Source of the DNA: Nitrospirota bacterium
Lineage (GTDB): Bacteria > Nitrospirota > UBA9217
DNA: 64,000 bases
NCBI GenBank assembly: GCA_963663225.1
Contig: OY760142.1
Span: 2,656,001 to 2,720,000, forward strand
Direction: 5' to 3'
Below the pieces are notes generated by a model, which saw only the letters and a list, made by a program, of their open reading frames with translations, did no database searches and was not told the origin of the DNA. Of the stretch, positions 1-10,368 are shown in pieces (position 1 is the stretch's first letter; each line of letters opens with the position of its first letter). A program made the translations under genes and the position numbers.

Positions 1-2
1 AC

Positions 3-989
3 TTGGAACCGTTATCGTCTGTTCCTGATGCAAAAAACAACCCCGTGACAGCTGAAAAAATAGAGCTTGGGAAAACACTCTTTTTTGACAGAAGACTTTC
101 AGGCGACGGCACCATGAGTTGCGCCACATGTCATATACCGGATATGGCGTTTACGGATGGACAGGAAACTTCTCTCAGTTATCCGACAACAAAAAACTGG
201 AGAAATTCTCCGACACTGATGAATGTCGCTTTTTTTAAAAGCCTCTTTCATGACGGACGAGCTGCCACCCTGGAAGAGCAGGCGCTGTTTCCCATGATGT
301 CCTCTTTTGAAATGAATCTTAATCTGGATTATCTGGAAGAAAAAATCAGGATAGTGCCTGAATATAGGGCCGCGTTCCAGCGTGCATTTCACGATGACAT
401 AACCAGGGAGCGAATTGCCATGGCAATTGCAGCATTTGAACGGACACTTGTGTCAAAAAACGCTCCTATCGATGCCTATCTCAGAGGGAAAAAATCGGCA
501 CTTTCCCTACAAGCCAGGAAAGGGTATGCTATTTTTACCGGCAAAGGGAAGTGCGCTGACTGTCATTATGGAGCTCATCTCTCCGACGACAAGTTCCACG
601 CCTTGAATGTGCCCGAAAACCCCGAACACGAAAATGATCCCCGTATCACGGCCACACGACGTTTTGTTGCAAAGATTTATCACTATGATGATTATAAAAA
701 TCTGACCCAGGATTTGGGCCGGTATCTTATTACCAAGGATGCAAAAGACTGGAGAGCCTTCAGAACGCCTTCATTACGTGAAATTGCAAAGACTGCACCG
801 TACATGCATAATGGTACTCTCTCCACGATCGATGAAGTTATAGATTTTTTTAACGATGGAGGCGGAAAGGGAAATACTGCAGTAAAACCGCTCGATCTGA
901 ACAATAAAGAAAAACAAGAGCTCAAAACATTTCTTGTCGAAGCGTTGAGCGGAGAAAATGTAGTAGTTAAATATCCTGTTATCCCGTGA
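3..989 (+). CDS. Di-haem cytochrome c peroxidase/MauG-superfamily protein (5' end outside window)
   Basis: Two CXXCH motifs (CATCH, CADCH), GKTLFFDRRLS, RNSPT, FRTPSLR and APYMHNG motifs; ORF open at window edge. Confidence 0.88.
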   Translation: MEPLSSVPDAKNNPVTAEKIELGKTLFFDRRLSGDGTMSCATCHIPDMAFTDGQETSLSYPTTKNWRNSPTLMNVAFFKSLFHDGRAATLEEQALFPMMSSFEMNLNLDYLEEKIRIVPEYRAAFQRAFHDDITRERIAMAIAAFERTLVSKNAPIDAYLRGKKSALSLQARKGYAIFTGKGKCADCHYGAHLSDDKFHALNVPENPEHENDPRITATRRFVAKIYHYDDYKNLTQDLGRYLITKDAKDWRAFRTPSLREIAKTAPYMHNGTLSTIDEVIDFFNDGGGKGNTAVKPLDLNNKEKQELKTFLVEALSGENVVVKYPVIP

Positions 990-1262
990 AATTGCGTTAC
1001 ATTTGCCCTGTTCCTTTAATTAATAAATAGTAAATCCCTTTGCATTTTTTGTATCTGATTAAATTTTTTAGGTATTACCCAAGTGAGTTCCCCGATAAGA
1101 GTTATTATAATATATTATTTATGTTATAGTATTATAATACCTTGAAATAAAATATTTTTTTGAATAAAAATGAAATTTTTTATAATTTTTATTATAAAAT
1201 TAATGTATATCTGAGGCAATATTTTTTTTACAATATTATTGAAAAATAAAACTATTTACTGA

Positions 1263-1278
1263 TGGTATATTTATTGCT
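1263..1278 (+). promoter_or_regulatory. Putative sigma-54 (-24/-12) promoter upstream of modA
   Basis: TGGTAT-ATTTA-TTGCT with exact GG-N10-GC spacing; identical 18-mer at 12857-12874. Confidence 0.6.
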
Positions 1279-1417
1279 TAATCTTATAAATTAATGATAA
1301 ATGTATTCTTTTTTTTGATAATTTATCTAAGCAATCTTTTATTTCAACCGTAATTAAAATAAACTAAATTCAAATTTTTCTGAGCCATTTTTAACGGGCT
1401 TTTTTTTTGCCCAACCA

Positions 1418-1437
1418 TTATGTCAATATAGACATAA
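1418..1437. promoter_or_regulatory. Palindromic operator TTATGTC-N6-GACATAA (ModE-like box)
   Basis: Perfect 7-bp inverted repeat; the same motif and spacing occur at 6461-6484 and 12911-12930. Confidence 0.75.
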
Positions 1438-1511
1438 AGAAAATAATTTTCTATTGAGAATGACGTCATTGCTTTCCTGTTTCAAGATAAATCACGTTTT
1501 AGAGGCGAAGA

Positions 1512-2255
1512 ATGAAGCGAATTGTCACAGTTATTGCCGTATTGAGTATAGTTTTTATTCCGTTCCTATTGTCAGCAGAGGAAAGACTGCATCTCGCCGT
1601 AGCAGCAAATTTTATGCAGCCAATGCAAAAAATAACGGTTCTTTTTGAGAAAAAAACAAAGGTAAAAATTGAAACAACGTACGCTTCAACTGGCAAACTC
1701 TACAGCCAGGTCGTTAACGGAGCTCCCTACGATGTATTTCTTTCAGCGGATGAAGAAAGACCGAATCTGTTGTATCAAACAGGGATATCGGAAAAACCGT
1801 TTATCTATGCGAGAGGGCAAGTCATTCTCTGGAGTGTTCACAAGGAGTTTTGCAAGGCTGAAAACTGGAGTGAAGCCGTACGAAACAAAAAAATCAGGAA
1901 AATTTCCATCGCCAATGTCAAAACGGCCCCCTATGGCACAATGTCAATGATGGCCTTGCAGAAGGCAGGGCTTTGGGACTCTCTTCAGCCTAAAATGGTT
2001 TTTGCTCAGGACGTTGCTCAATCATTCCAGTATGCGTCTACCGAAAGCGTGGATCTGGGGTTTTGCGCGTTTTCAGCTGCATTTTCAGATGAAGGGAAAA
2101 AAGGGTGTTTTCATATAGTTCATGAAGCACCGATGGTTTTACAGGCAGCCTGTGTTGTAAAACAATCCAAGAACATCGCTGCAGCGAGGCAGTTTGTTGA
2201 TTTTCTCGGTTCTTCCGAAGTGAATGCTATAAAAAAATCGTTCGGATATCAATAA
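1512..2255 (+). CDS. modA: Molybdate ABC transporter substrate-binding protein
   Basis: Signal peptide, AVAAN, ASTGKLYSQ, GAPYDVFLSAD and APYG motifs; first gene of modABC. Confidence 0.92.
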   Translation: MKRIVTVIAVLSIVFIPFLLSAEERLHLAVAANFMQPMQKITVLFEKKTKVKIETTYASTGKLYSQVVNGAPYDVFLSADEERPNLLYQTGISEKPFIYARGQVILWSVHKEFCKAENWSEAVRNKKIRKISIANVKTAPYGTMSMMALQKAGLWDSLQPKMVFAQDVAQSFQYASTESVDLGFCAFSAAFSDEGKKGCFHIVHEAPMVLQAACVVKQSKNIAAARQFVDFLGSSEVNAIKKSFGYQ

Positions 2256-2256
2256 T

Positions 2257-2922
2257 ATGGATTTTCTTTCTCTTTATCTTTCGCTCAAACTTGCATTCGT
2301 AAGCACCGTTGTGCTGATTATTATTACGATGCCTCTCGCGTATTGACTGGCGTACGTTCATTTCCCGGGAAAGTCTTTCCTGGAAGCCTTGATTAACCTG
2401 CCGATTGCTTTGCCGCCCACCGTTGTGGGATTTTATCTTCTTATAGTTCTGGGGCCTAAAGGAACCGTGGGCGGTCTCTGGGAGGCAGCGACGGGTTCGC
2501 CCCTGTTATTTACTTTTTTAGGGATTGCCATTGCGTCTGTTATTTACAGCCTTCCATTTGCGATTCAACCCATGAAGGCTGCTTTTCAAAAGATAGACCG
2601 CCGCCTTCTCGAAAGCGCCTACATTCTCGGCCTTTCACGTTTTTCCACCTTCGTCAAAGTGATTATACCGAACAGCTTTTCCGGAATTGCAGCATCGGCA
2701 ATTCTTGTTTTTATTCACAGCATGGGAGCCTTCGGTGTCATTCTTATGCTTGGAGGCAGTATCCCGGGAGAAACGAAAGTGGCTTCCATCGCCATATACG
2801 AGGCTGTTGAATCGTTGAATTATCGGGAAGCCGGGCTGATGTCTCTGAGCCTTGTGCCGATTAGCTTCATTTTTCTTCTTCTTGTCAATTATCTTAACAA
2901 GGTCAAACACCATGGAGCTTAG
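2257..2922 (+). pseudogene. modB: Molybdate ABC permease with in-frame UGA at codon 30 (2344-2346): nonsense allele or recoded
   Basis: ATG 2257 reads MDFLSLYLSLKLAF...MPLAY*LAYVHFPGKSFLEALINLPIALPPTVVGFYLL, in frame with the 2389 ORF; read through it gives 221 aa, the normal ModB size. Confidence 0.8.
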
Positions 2923-3625
2923 GATAGATGTCAGTAAAAAGATGCCGCATTTTGATCTTCATGTTTCCTTTGTTTGTCCTGAGAACAAGATGCTTGTTCT
3001 CATCGGACCTTCCGGAGGTGGAAAGACAACCACACTTCGAATGATAGCAGGTCTTGAGAAGCCGGACAAAGGAACAATTGTGCATAATGGGGAAACATGG
3101 CTGGATGTGGAGCATTCCATTTTTGTTCCACCTCAGAAGCGCCGTCTGGGGTATGTATTTCAGGAATACATTCTGTTTCCACACCTGAATGTCTACGCGA
3201 ATGCGGCTTTTTCCGCACCTGACAAGAATGAGGCGGAAGACTTATTGAAACTTTTCGGCATCTGGCATCTTCGTCATCGCAAACCGTATGAAATATCGGG
3301 AGGAGAGCGTCAACGGTGCGCCATATGCCAGGCATTGGCAAGACGGCCTCAGGCGCTTCTTCTCGATGAACCTTTTTCCGCTCTAGACATGATGACCAGA
3401 AACAGGCTCCGTGATGAGTTGAAAACGCTGAAGAAATCTCTCGGCCTTCCCATTGTGTATGTTACCCATGATGTGCATGAAGCTTCGTTTTTTGCCGACG
3501 ATATCGTGCCTCTCGTCGATGGAAAAATCGACAAAAACTGGATATTACAGGCTCTTGCCCTTTCTGCTGCACCACAACAAAACATCAGGGATGAAAGCGG
3601 GGAAGCAGCCTTTTCTTTTTTATAA
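2912..3625 (+). CDS. modC: Molybdate ABC ATPase (short, no C-terminal TOBE domain)
   Basis: Walker A GPSGGGKTT, ISGGERQR, LLLDEPFSALD, and the ModC-type VPPQKRRLGYVFQ; ATG 2912 overlaps the modB end. Confidence 0.88.
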   Translation: MELRIDVSKKMPHFDLHVSFVCPENKMLVLIGPSGGGKTTTLRMIAGLEKPDKGTIVHNGETWLDVEHSIFVPPQKRRLGYVFQEYILFPHLNVYANAAFSAPDKNEAEDLLKLFGIWHLRHRKPYEISGGERQRCAICQALARRPQALLLDEPFSALDMMTRNRLRDELKTLKKSLGLPIVYVTHDVHEASFFADDIVPLVDGKIDKNWILQALALSAAPQQNIRDESGEAAFSFL

Positions 3626-3700
3626 AGGATATGCTTTCAACAAAGATTTGTGATATCACCCGGTGTCGGCATCTATAAAGCGATATGATGAATCTATGAT

Positions 3701-5362
3701 TTGGAGGTTATTGTGCGAGACGTAACAATCGGTCGTTATTCCTACGCTGAGTACCTGAATCTGGTGAAATCTTTTCACGGAAATACAGCGCCGGGCTTGA
3801 TTATCGGCGGATTTATGGTGGATCATGCGCTGCGTCATTTACCGGAAGGCGAGTTTTTCGACGCTATCTGCGAAACAAAAGCATGTTTACCCGATGCTTT
3901 GCAGTTGTTGACACCCTGCACAATAGGAAATGGCTGGCTCAAGATACTGAACCAGGGGAGATTTGCACTGACACTATACGAGAAATATGGCGGCAAAGGT
4001 GTTCGTGTATATGTTGATATTCAAAAATTCGGCCCGTGGTCCAACATCAAGAATTGGTTCCTGAAGTTGCAGCCGAAACAGCAGCAGGATATCCATGTTT
4101 TACTGGAGGAGATTGGCAAGGCTCGCACGTCTATTCTGAGCATGAGTGAAGTGACTGTCAAGCAGAGGAACCTGAGCAAGAAAAAGAAGACTATTATTAC
4201 AATCTGTCCTGTTTGCGGCGAAGCATATCGTGCGGTGTCTCCGGGAATATGTAAGGCGTGCAGCGGAGAACTGGCGTATTTAGATTCGGAAAAACGTATT
4301 CAAGAAAGTAAAAATAACAAAGGCCAGTGCCAGTGTTCCGCCGTGCCTTTGGAAAAAGCAATCGGCCGCCGTCTGTTGCATGACATGACACGCATCATTC
4401 CGGGGCAGGAAAAAGGCGCGGCTTTTCAGCGTGGCCAGACAATTACTTCTGACGATCTCGGCCGTCTTCAGGAAATGGGAAAACTGAATGTCTACATTGA
4501 GGATGAGCAGCAACACAATCCGGAATGGGTGCACGAGGATGAAGTGGCCCTTGCGTTTGCCGGGGCAATGGCCGGTGAAGGCGTTTCCTTTTCGAGCAAG
4601 CCGCGCGAGGGAAAAGTAAATCTGATGGCAGCCAGAAAAGGTCTGCTGGTTGTTGATAAAAACCGGTTGATTTCTTTTAACACACTTCCCGACGTCGTCT
4701 GTGCCTCCCGACGTAGCTATTCCTTGGTCAATCAGGGTGATAAACTGGCGGGAGTCAAGGCAATTCCGCTGCATCTTCATCACGATTATTTTCACAAAGC
4801 ATTGGAACTCTTGAAAGGGGACCCCCTTTTTGAAGTTCATCCCTTGCGAAAGGCAAAAGTCGGCATACTGGTCATCGGCACGGAGATTTTCCAAGGGTTG
4901 GTGAAAGACAAATTTATACCGCTTATCAGCCGCAAGATCAGGCATTATGAGGGGGAGGTCGTTCAAACGAAGATTGTACCGGACGATTCCAATGCAATCA
5001 GCCAGGCCGTTGGTGAGCTGAGCGCCTGCGGAATTGACCTCTTGGTGACTACCTCCGGACTTTCCGTGGATCCCGATGATGTAACAAAACAAGGATTACA
5101 TGATGCGGGAGTATCGGACATGCTCTACGGAATGCCGGTGGTGCCGGGTGCCATGACGCTGGTGGCGCGACTCGGTCAAATCCAGGTGATAGGGGTTCCT
5201 GCTGGGGCGCTGTATTTTAAAACAACCGGATTCGATCTTTTGCTGCCCCGACTACTTGCAGGCAAACTTCCTACCCGCGAGGATTTGGCGTACCTTGGTC
5301 ATGGAGCGTTTTGTCTGGAATGCGATGTATGTCGGTTCCCGCAATGCACCTTCAGCAGATAA
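3701..5362 (+). CDS. FmdE domain + zinc finger + MoeA/molybdopterin-binding domain fusion
   Basis: FHGNTAPG...CETKACLPDALQLLTPCTIGNG (FmdE-like), CPVC..CKAC, LLHDMT..GTEI..SVDPDDVT..PGAMT (MoeA/MogA-like), C-terminal CLECDVCRFPQC. Confidence 0.75.
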   Translation: MEVIVRDVTIGRYSYAEYLNLVKSFHGNTAPGLIIGGFMVDHALRHLPEGEFFDAICETKACLPDALQLLTPCTIGNGWLKILNQGRFALTLYEKYGGKGVRVYVDIQKFGPWSNIKNWFLKLQPKQQQDIHVLLEEIGKARTSILSMSEVTVKQRNLSKKKKTIITICPVCGEAYRAVSPGICKACSGELAYLDSEKRIQESKNNKGQCQCSAVPLEKAIGRRLLHDMTRIIPGQEKGAAFQRGQTITSDDLGRLQEMGKLNVYIEDEQQHNPEWVHEDEVALAFAGAMAGEGVSFSSKPREGKVNLMAARKGLLVVDKNRLISFNTLPDVVCASRRSYSLVNQGDKLAGVKAIPLHLHHDYFHKALELLKGDPLFEVHPLRKAKVGILVIGTEIFQGLVKDKFIPLISRKIRHYEGEVVQTKIVPDDSNAISQAVGELSACGIDLLVTTSGLSVDPDDVTKQGLHDAGVSDMLYGMPVVPGAMTLVARLGQIQVIGVPAGALYFKTTGFDLLLPRLLAGKLPTREDLAYLGHGAFCLECDVCRFPQCTFSR

Positions 5363-5441
5363 GTATGTTATATGTGAAAAAAAAGGTCTGCTGCCTGATG
5401 CAGTTGATATCATATTTTATTGTGCGAAATGAGGTCCTGTA

Positions 5442-6317
5442 ATGAATCATGCTGAAAATAAAATGTCGGTCATGGAAGATCTGGTGGATGGCATCATTGA
5501 GAAAAAACCGCACACCAAGGACATTATCAATGCCTTCAGACCCATCCTTGTTGAACGGGTCCGTCTTGTGGAAGAATTAGAATTGAAACCCGCGGGTGCG
5601 CTGAAAATCGATGAGACACAAGCAAAGACAGGGAAGCCTATGATACAACAGGTAAAGCTGTTTTTGCCGGAAGATCCTTGGCAGCAGATTGCCGGTGCGA
5701 TGATACCCGCGATACACCGGGGTTTCCTCGGACTGCGTGAAGACCTGAATAAACTGGAAAGCTTGATACAAAAGGGAAACATCAACCTGTTCGACTATTT
5801 TAAAGACTATGCGGTAAATGGTGAAGCAACCATTACCCAATGGGTCAAGGATTGGGGAATCGGATCGCCATCCATAATTTTTTTGCTGAAAAATATGATG
5901 CGAGTCGTTCTTGAAAAAAGAAAACGTGAATTCGACTGGCAAGATATTGCATGGGAAAAAGGGTATTGTCCCTTTTGTGGAACACTTCCGACCATTGCGA
6001 CGATCAAGGAAAAAATAGCTGAACAATGGCTCCATTGTTCTACGTGCGGCCATGATTGGAAATATGAGCGGTTATTATGTCCGGGCTGTGAGCACGAAGG
6101 TCAACAAGAGACTGATTATTTCTTTATTGAAGACAAGGACCGGGAGGCAGCATTTGTTTGCGAAACCTGTAAACGGTATTTGATAACCTTGAATCGCGTC
6201 AGTGATATTAATGTTCGTGATCTGGACCTTTCCGCAATCAGCCTTATCCATCTGGACTTAATTATGCAGGAAAAAGGTTTTCAGCCCATGTGCGTCAGTG
6301 TGTGGAATGTTTTCTAA
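5442..6317 (+). CDS. fdhE: Formate dehydrogenase maturation protein FdhE
   Basis: W..GYCPFCG, LHCSTCGHDW, CPGC and CETCKRY Cys pairs; directly upstream of the fdh operon. Confidence 0.88.
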   Translation: MNHAENKMSVMEDLVDGIIEKKPHTKDIINAFRPILVERVRLVEELELKPAGALKIDETQAKTGKPMIQQVKLFLPEDPWQQIAGAMIPAIHRGFLGLREDLNKLESLIQKGNINLFDYFKDYAVNGEATITQWVKDWGIGSPSIIFLLKNMMRVVLEKRKREFDWQDIAWEKGYCPFCGTLPTIATIKEKIAEQWLHCSTCGHDWKYERLLCPGCEHEGQQETDYFFIEDKDREAAFVCETCKRYLITLNRVSDINVRDLDLSAISLIHLDLIMQEKGFQPMCVSVWNVF

Positions 6318-6360
6318 GCATAAATAAACGGCCAGTTTTCCAACCTGCAGAACCCACAAA

Positions 6361-6395
6361 AATTAATATGTTATTTTTAGCATAACATGTTAATT
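6361..6395. promoter_or_regulatory. Inverted repeat upstream of fdh-1 promoter (possible second operator)
   Basis: AATTAATATGTTAT-N7-ATAACATGTTAATT, 14-bp arms with 1 mismatch; also reads as a degenerate TATGTT-N6-AGCATA. Confidence 0.45.
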
Positions 6396-6421
6396 TTATT
6401 ACGTTTTTTATCAAAAACTTC

Positions 6422-6450
6422 TTGACTCTTTCGCACGAAAAGCATATAAG
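6422..6450 (+). promoter_or_regulatory. Sigma-70-type promoter of fdh-1
   Basis: TTGACT-17 bp-TATAAG. Confidence 0.6.
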
Positions 6451-6460
6451 AAAACAAATT

Positions 6461-6484
6461 TAATATGTCTTTAGTGACATATTA
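6461..6484. promoter_or_regulatory. Palindromic operator TAATATGTC-N6-GACATATTA
   Basis: Perfect 9-bp arms between the predicted transcription start and the RBS (AAGGAGG) of fdh-1. Confidence 0.8.
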
Positions 6485-6504
6485 TTTTAATATAAGGAGG
6501 CTCT

Positions 6505-9500
6505 ATGGCGTTATCGAGAAGAGGGTTCTTGGCCATGAGCGGCTCAATAGGATCGGGAATAGCTCTGTCTTCCCTGGGTATCAACCTGAATCCTGTGAAA
6601 GCTCATGCGGAAGAACTCAGTAAGATGGACAGAGTCAAGAACGCAAAACAGGTAAGCACCATCTGTTGCTACTGTTCCGTGGGATGTGGCCTTATCTGCA
6701 GCGTTGACAAGCAGACGGGGAAGATTTTCAATATAGAAGGCGACCCCGCCCATCCGATCAATGAAGGTTCGCTCTGCGCAAAAGGTGCAGGTTTCTTCGA
6801 TTTGACGCAAGCGAATAAGCACCGGCTCACGAAAGTCCAGTACCGAGCGCCCTACAGCGACAAATGGGAAGAGAAGGATTGGGACTGGGCAATTAATCGG
6901 ATAGCACGCCTCGTGAAGGATTCTCGCGACAAAGGTTTCGTCATCAGAAACAGCAATGGTGAGTTGGTCAATCGAGCAGAAACCATTGCCCACCTCGGCA
7001 GCTCCAATGTTGATAATGAAGAATGCTGGCTGATGACAGCCAAGGCACGGGCCCTGGGCATGGTCTATATCGACCACCAGGCCCGGGTTTGACACAGCCC
7101 CTCGGTAGCGGCTCTGGGAGAGTCGTTCGGACGCGGTTCGATGTCGAATCATTATATAGATCTGAAGAACAGTGATGTAATCCTCATTATGGGGAGCAAT
7201 GCTGCAGAGCACCACCCAATCGCTTTCAAATGGATTCTACGCGCTAAGGAAAGAGGCGCAAAAATCATCCATGTCGATCCCCGATACACAAGGACTTCTG
7301 CACGCTGCGATTATCATGTACCCTTGCGCTCCGGAACAGATATTGCTTTTCTGGGCGGCATGATCCATTACATTCTCAACCAGAACAAATATTTTAAAGA
7401 CTACGTTCTCAACTACACGAATGCCTCCTTCATCGTCAGTAAGGATTTCGCGTTCAAGGACGGCCTTTTCTCCGGCTACGACAAACAAAAACGGAAATAC
7501 AACAAAGACACCTGGGTGTTCGATAAGAATGAAAAGGGAATGCCTAAACGCGATATGACTCTGAGCGATCCCCAATGTGTGTTCCAACTGATGAAGAACC
7601 ACTACTCACGGTATACCCTCGACAAAGTCTCCAGTGTCACCGGCGTCAGCAAGGAAAATCTAACGAAGGTTTATGCTGAGTACAGCTCTACCGGTGTGCC
7701 GAACAAGGCTGGAACGGAATGTTATGCCTTGGGCTGGACGCACCATACCACGGGTAGCCAGATCATACGGACCATGTCCATGATCCAGCTCCTTCTGGGG
7801 AACATGGGAATTGCCGGCGGCGGCGTGAATGCGCTTCGCGGTGAACCGAACGTGCAGGGGTCTACGGATCACGCCATCCTCTACAATGTGCTGCCAGGTT
7901 ACCTGAAGATGCCCGCGGCTTCCCAGGACACGCTGGAAAAATACCTGGAAAAATGCACCCCGAAAACAAAAGACCCGCAGTCAGCGAATTACTATTCGAA
8001 CTACCCGAAGTTTTTCGTGAGCTTCCTCAAAGCCTATTTCGGCAACAAAGCGACAAAGGAAAATGGGTTCGGGTATTCATGGCTGCCCAAGCTCGACGAC
8101 GGAAAGCATTACTCCATCCTTCATCTTTTCGACAGAATGTATGAAGGAAAGATAAGTGGACTGTTCGCTGTCGGGACCGACCCGGCAGTCAGTACCCCTA
8201 ATAGCACCAAGGTCCGCAAGGCTCTGGAGAAGCTTGATTGGCTCGTAGGTGAGAATATATTCGATAACGAGACTCACTCCTTCTGGCATGGTCCTGGTGT
8301 CGACCCGAAAAAAGTCAAAACCGAATGCTTCCTGCTTCCTGCAGCGGCCACTATGGAAAAGGAAGGGAGCCAGAGCAACAGCGGCCGCTGGGTGCAGTGG
8401 AAGTATAAGGCAGCGGAAGCACCGGGAGACGGCCTCGCAGTGGGAGAGATCACCATCAAGATCATGGCGGCGATTAAGGCGCTGTATGCAAAAGAAGGCG
8501 GTGTGCATCCGGAGCCCATTCTGAACTTCAAATGGGATTACACGGACGCGAAGGGAAAATATGATGCCCTGAAAATCTCAAAACAAATCAACGGATATTT
8601 CCTCAAAGACACAGTCATTGATGGAGTCTCATACAAGAAAGGTCAGACACTCCCGAGCTTTGGCATGCTCAAAGACGATGGGTCCACTTCGAGCGGTAAC
8701 TGGGTCATGGCCGGAAGCTTCGATGAAAAAGGCCTGAACAAAATGGCCAAACGCGGGAAGGACGATCCTACAGGCCTCGGTTTATATCCGAACTGGGCTT
8801 ATGCTTGGCCGGTCAACCGACGCATCATTTACAATCGCGCTTCTTGTGATATCAACGGCAAGCCATACAATCCCAAAAGAAAACTTTTGGAATGGACCGG
8901 AGACAAGTGGGTGGGTGACGTTCCCGACGGGCCTTGGCCACCCCAGGCAAACAAAGAAAAGGGTAAATATCCGTTCATCATGAAAGCGGATGGACTCGGC
9001 GCTCTCTTCGGGCCCGGTATGGCTGAAGGACCATTCCCTGAGCATTATGAGCCTCTGGAAGGCCCTTTGGCAAAGAACCCCCTGTCCGGTCAGTTGATCA
9101 ATCCGGTCGTAGAAATCTTCAAGAGCGATCTGGACAAAGTGGCCAATGCGGACAGTAAATTCCCCTATGTTTGCACGACGTATTCCTGCACTGAACACTG
9201 GTGTTCAGGTGCGTTGACCCGATGGCAGGCATGGCTTCTGGAGATGCAGCCCGAGCTGTATGTTGAGATTGGAGATCTCCTAGCCAAGGAAAAAGGGATC
9301 AAGAATGGCGAAAAGGTGAAAGTGTCCTCCATTCGCGGTGAAGTGAAGTGCGTCGCCATGGTGACAAAACGGTTCAAGCCTTTTACCGTGGAGGGAAAAA
9401 CCGTCCATCAAGTGGGTCTTCCCTTTAATTACGGATGGTTATTCCCCGAAGATGGCAGTGACAGCACGAACTTCCTGACCCCAACCGTTGGTGATGGGAA

Positions 9501-9552
9501 CACCTTCTGTCCCGAATACAAGGCCTTTATGGTTAACGTGGCGAAGGCATAG
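6505..9552 (+). CDS. fdnG: Formate dehydrogenase-N-type alpha subunit 1, selenoprotein (Sec196, TGA 7090-7092)
   Basis: Tat signal SRRGFL, CCYCSVGC...C Fe-S motif; DHQARV-U-HSPSVAAL joins ORFs 6505-7092 and 7141-9552 in frame; ALRGEPNVQGSTD. Confidence 0.95.
7107..7127 (+). promoter_or_regulatory. Bacterial SECIS element (fdh-1)
   Basis: Stem AGCGGCTCT/AGAGTCGTT, loop GGG starting 23 nt after the UGA. Confidence 0.85.
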
Positions 9553-9565
9553 GAGAATATAAAAC

Positions 9566-10366
9566 ATGAAAGGCATAGAGCTCGTTAAACTGATAGACAC
9601 GACAAAATGCACTGCTTGCAGAGGCTGCCAGGTCGCCTGTAAACAGTGGAATGAAATGCCCGGACTGGGCACCAAGAACTGGGGCAGCTACCAAAATCCG
9701 CCTAATTTACAATGGAACACCTGGACGCTGGTGCGTTTCCAGGAGTATGTAAACCAGAAGGGTGAATTCAACTGGCTGTTCAGAAAAGACGGATGCATGC
9801 ATTGCACCGATGCGGCCTGTGTCAAGGTATGTCCGACGAAAGCGCTCTACTATTCTGAATACGGTGCGGTTGGGTTGAAAACTCAACTTTGCAACGGCTG
9901 CAAGGAATGCGTGGCCGCCTGTCCCTTTGAAGTTCCCAAGTACAACAAGGCAAAAGACAAAGTTACCAAATGTGACCTTTGCTTGGCTAGAATTCGGGAC
10001 GACCAGCATCCCTCCTGTGTTAAATCCTGTCCTACAGGAGCCTTGACCATCGGCCCGAAAGACGCCATGATCCAAAAAGCCTATGATCGTGTCAAAGAAC
10101 TCGGAGGCGATGCCAACGTGTACGGCGACAAGTTTGTGGGCGGCACGCATGTGCTGTATGTCCTGAATGAAAAAGCGGAAGCGTATGACGCATTGCCGAA
10201 GAGCCCTTCAGTTCCACTGCCGATTACGATTTGGAAGGATATTCTGAAACCGCTCAGCATTATTGCGACGGGCGGCGTCGTGGCGGGTGCGATTCTGCAT
10301 TATCTCCTTCACGGACCGAAGAGACCGGATGACCATGGTGAAGGCAAGAAGGAAGGGGGGAACTAA
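9566..10366 (+). CDS. fdnH: Formate dehydrogenase iron-sulfur beta subunit 1
   Basis: Four 4Fe-4S Cys clusters (CTACRGCQVAC, CMHCTDAACVKVCP, CNGCKECVAACP, CDLC..CVKSCP) and a C-terminal TM helix. Confidence 0.93.
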   Translation: MKGIELVKLIDTTKCTACRGCQVACKQWNEMPGLGTKNWGSYQNPPNLQWNTWTLVRFQEYVNQKGEFNWLFRKDGCMHCTDAACVKVCPTKALYYSEYGAVGLKTQLCNGCKECVAACPFEVPKYNKAKDKVTKCDLCLARIRDDQHPSCVKSCPTGALTIGPKDAMIQKAYDRVKELGGDANVYGDKFVGGTHVLYVLNEKAEAYDALPKSPSVPLPITIWKDILKPLSIIATGGVVAGAILHYLLHGPKRPDDHGEGKKEGGN

Positions 10367-10368
10367 TC

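Noticed and set aside
990-1260. AT-rich tract as Fur/PerR boxes or a replication origin
   Set aside because: TTATAAT repeats lack the 7-1-7 spacing, no DnaA-box cluster was seen, and such matches are expected at this composition.
1290-1511. Moco/Wco riboswitch or attenuator in the modA leader (AGCC..GGGCT + T-run at 1383-1408; AATGACGTCATT palindrome at 1459-1470)
   Set aside because: No Moco-RNA core motifs are visible, the stem is weak, and the palindrome has no second copy that I could find.
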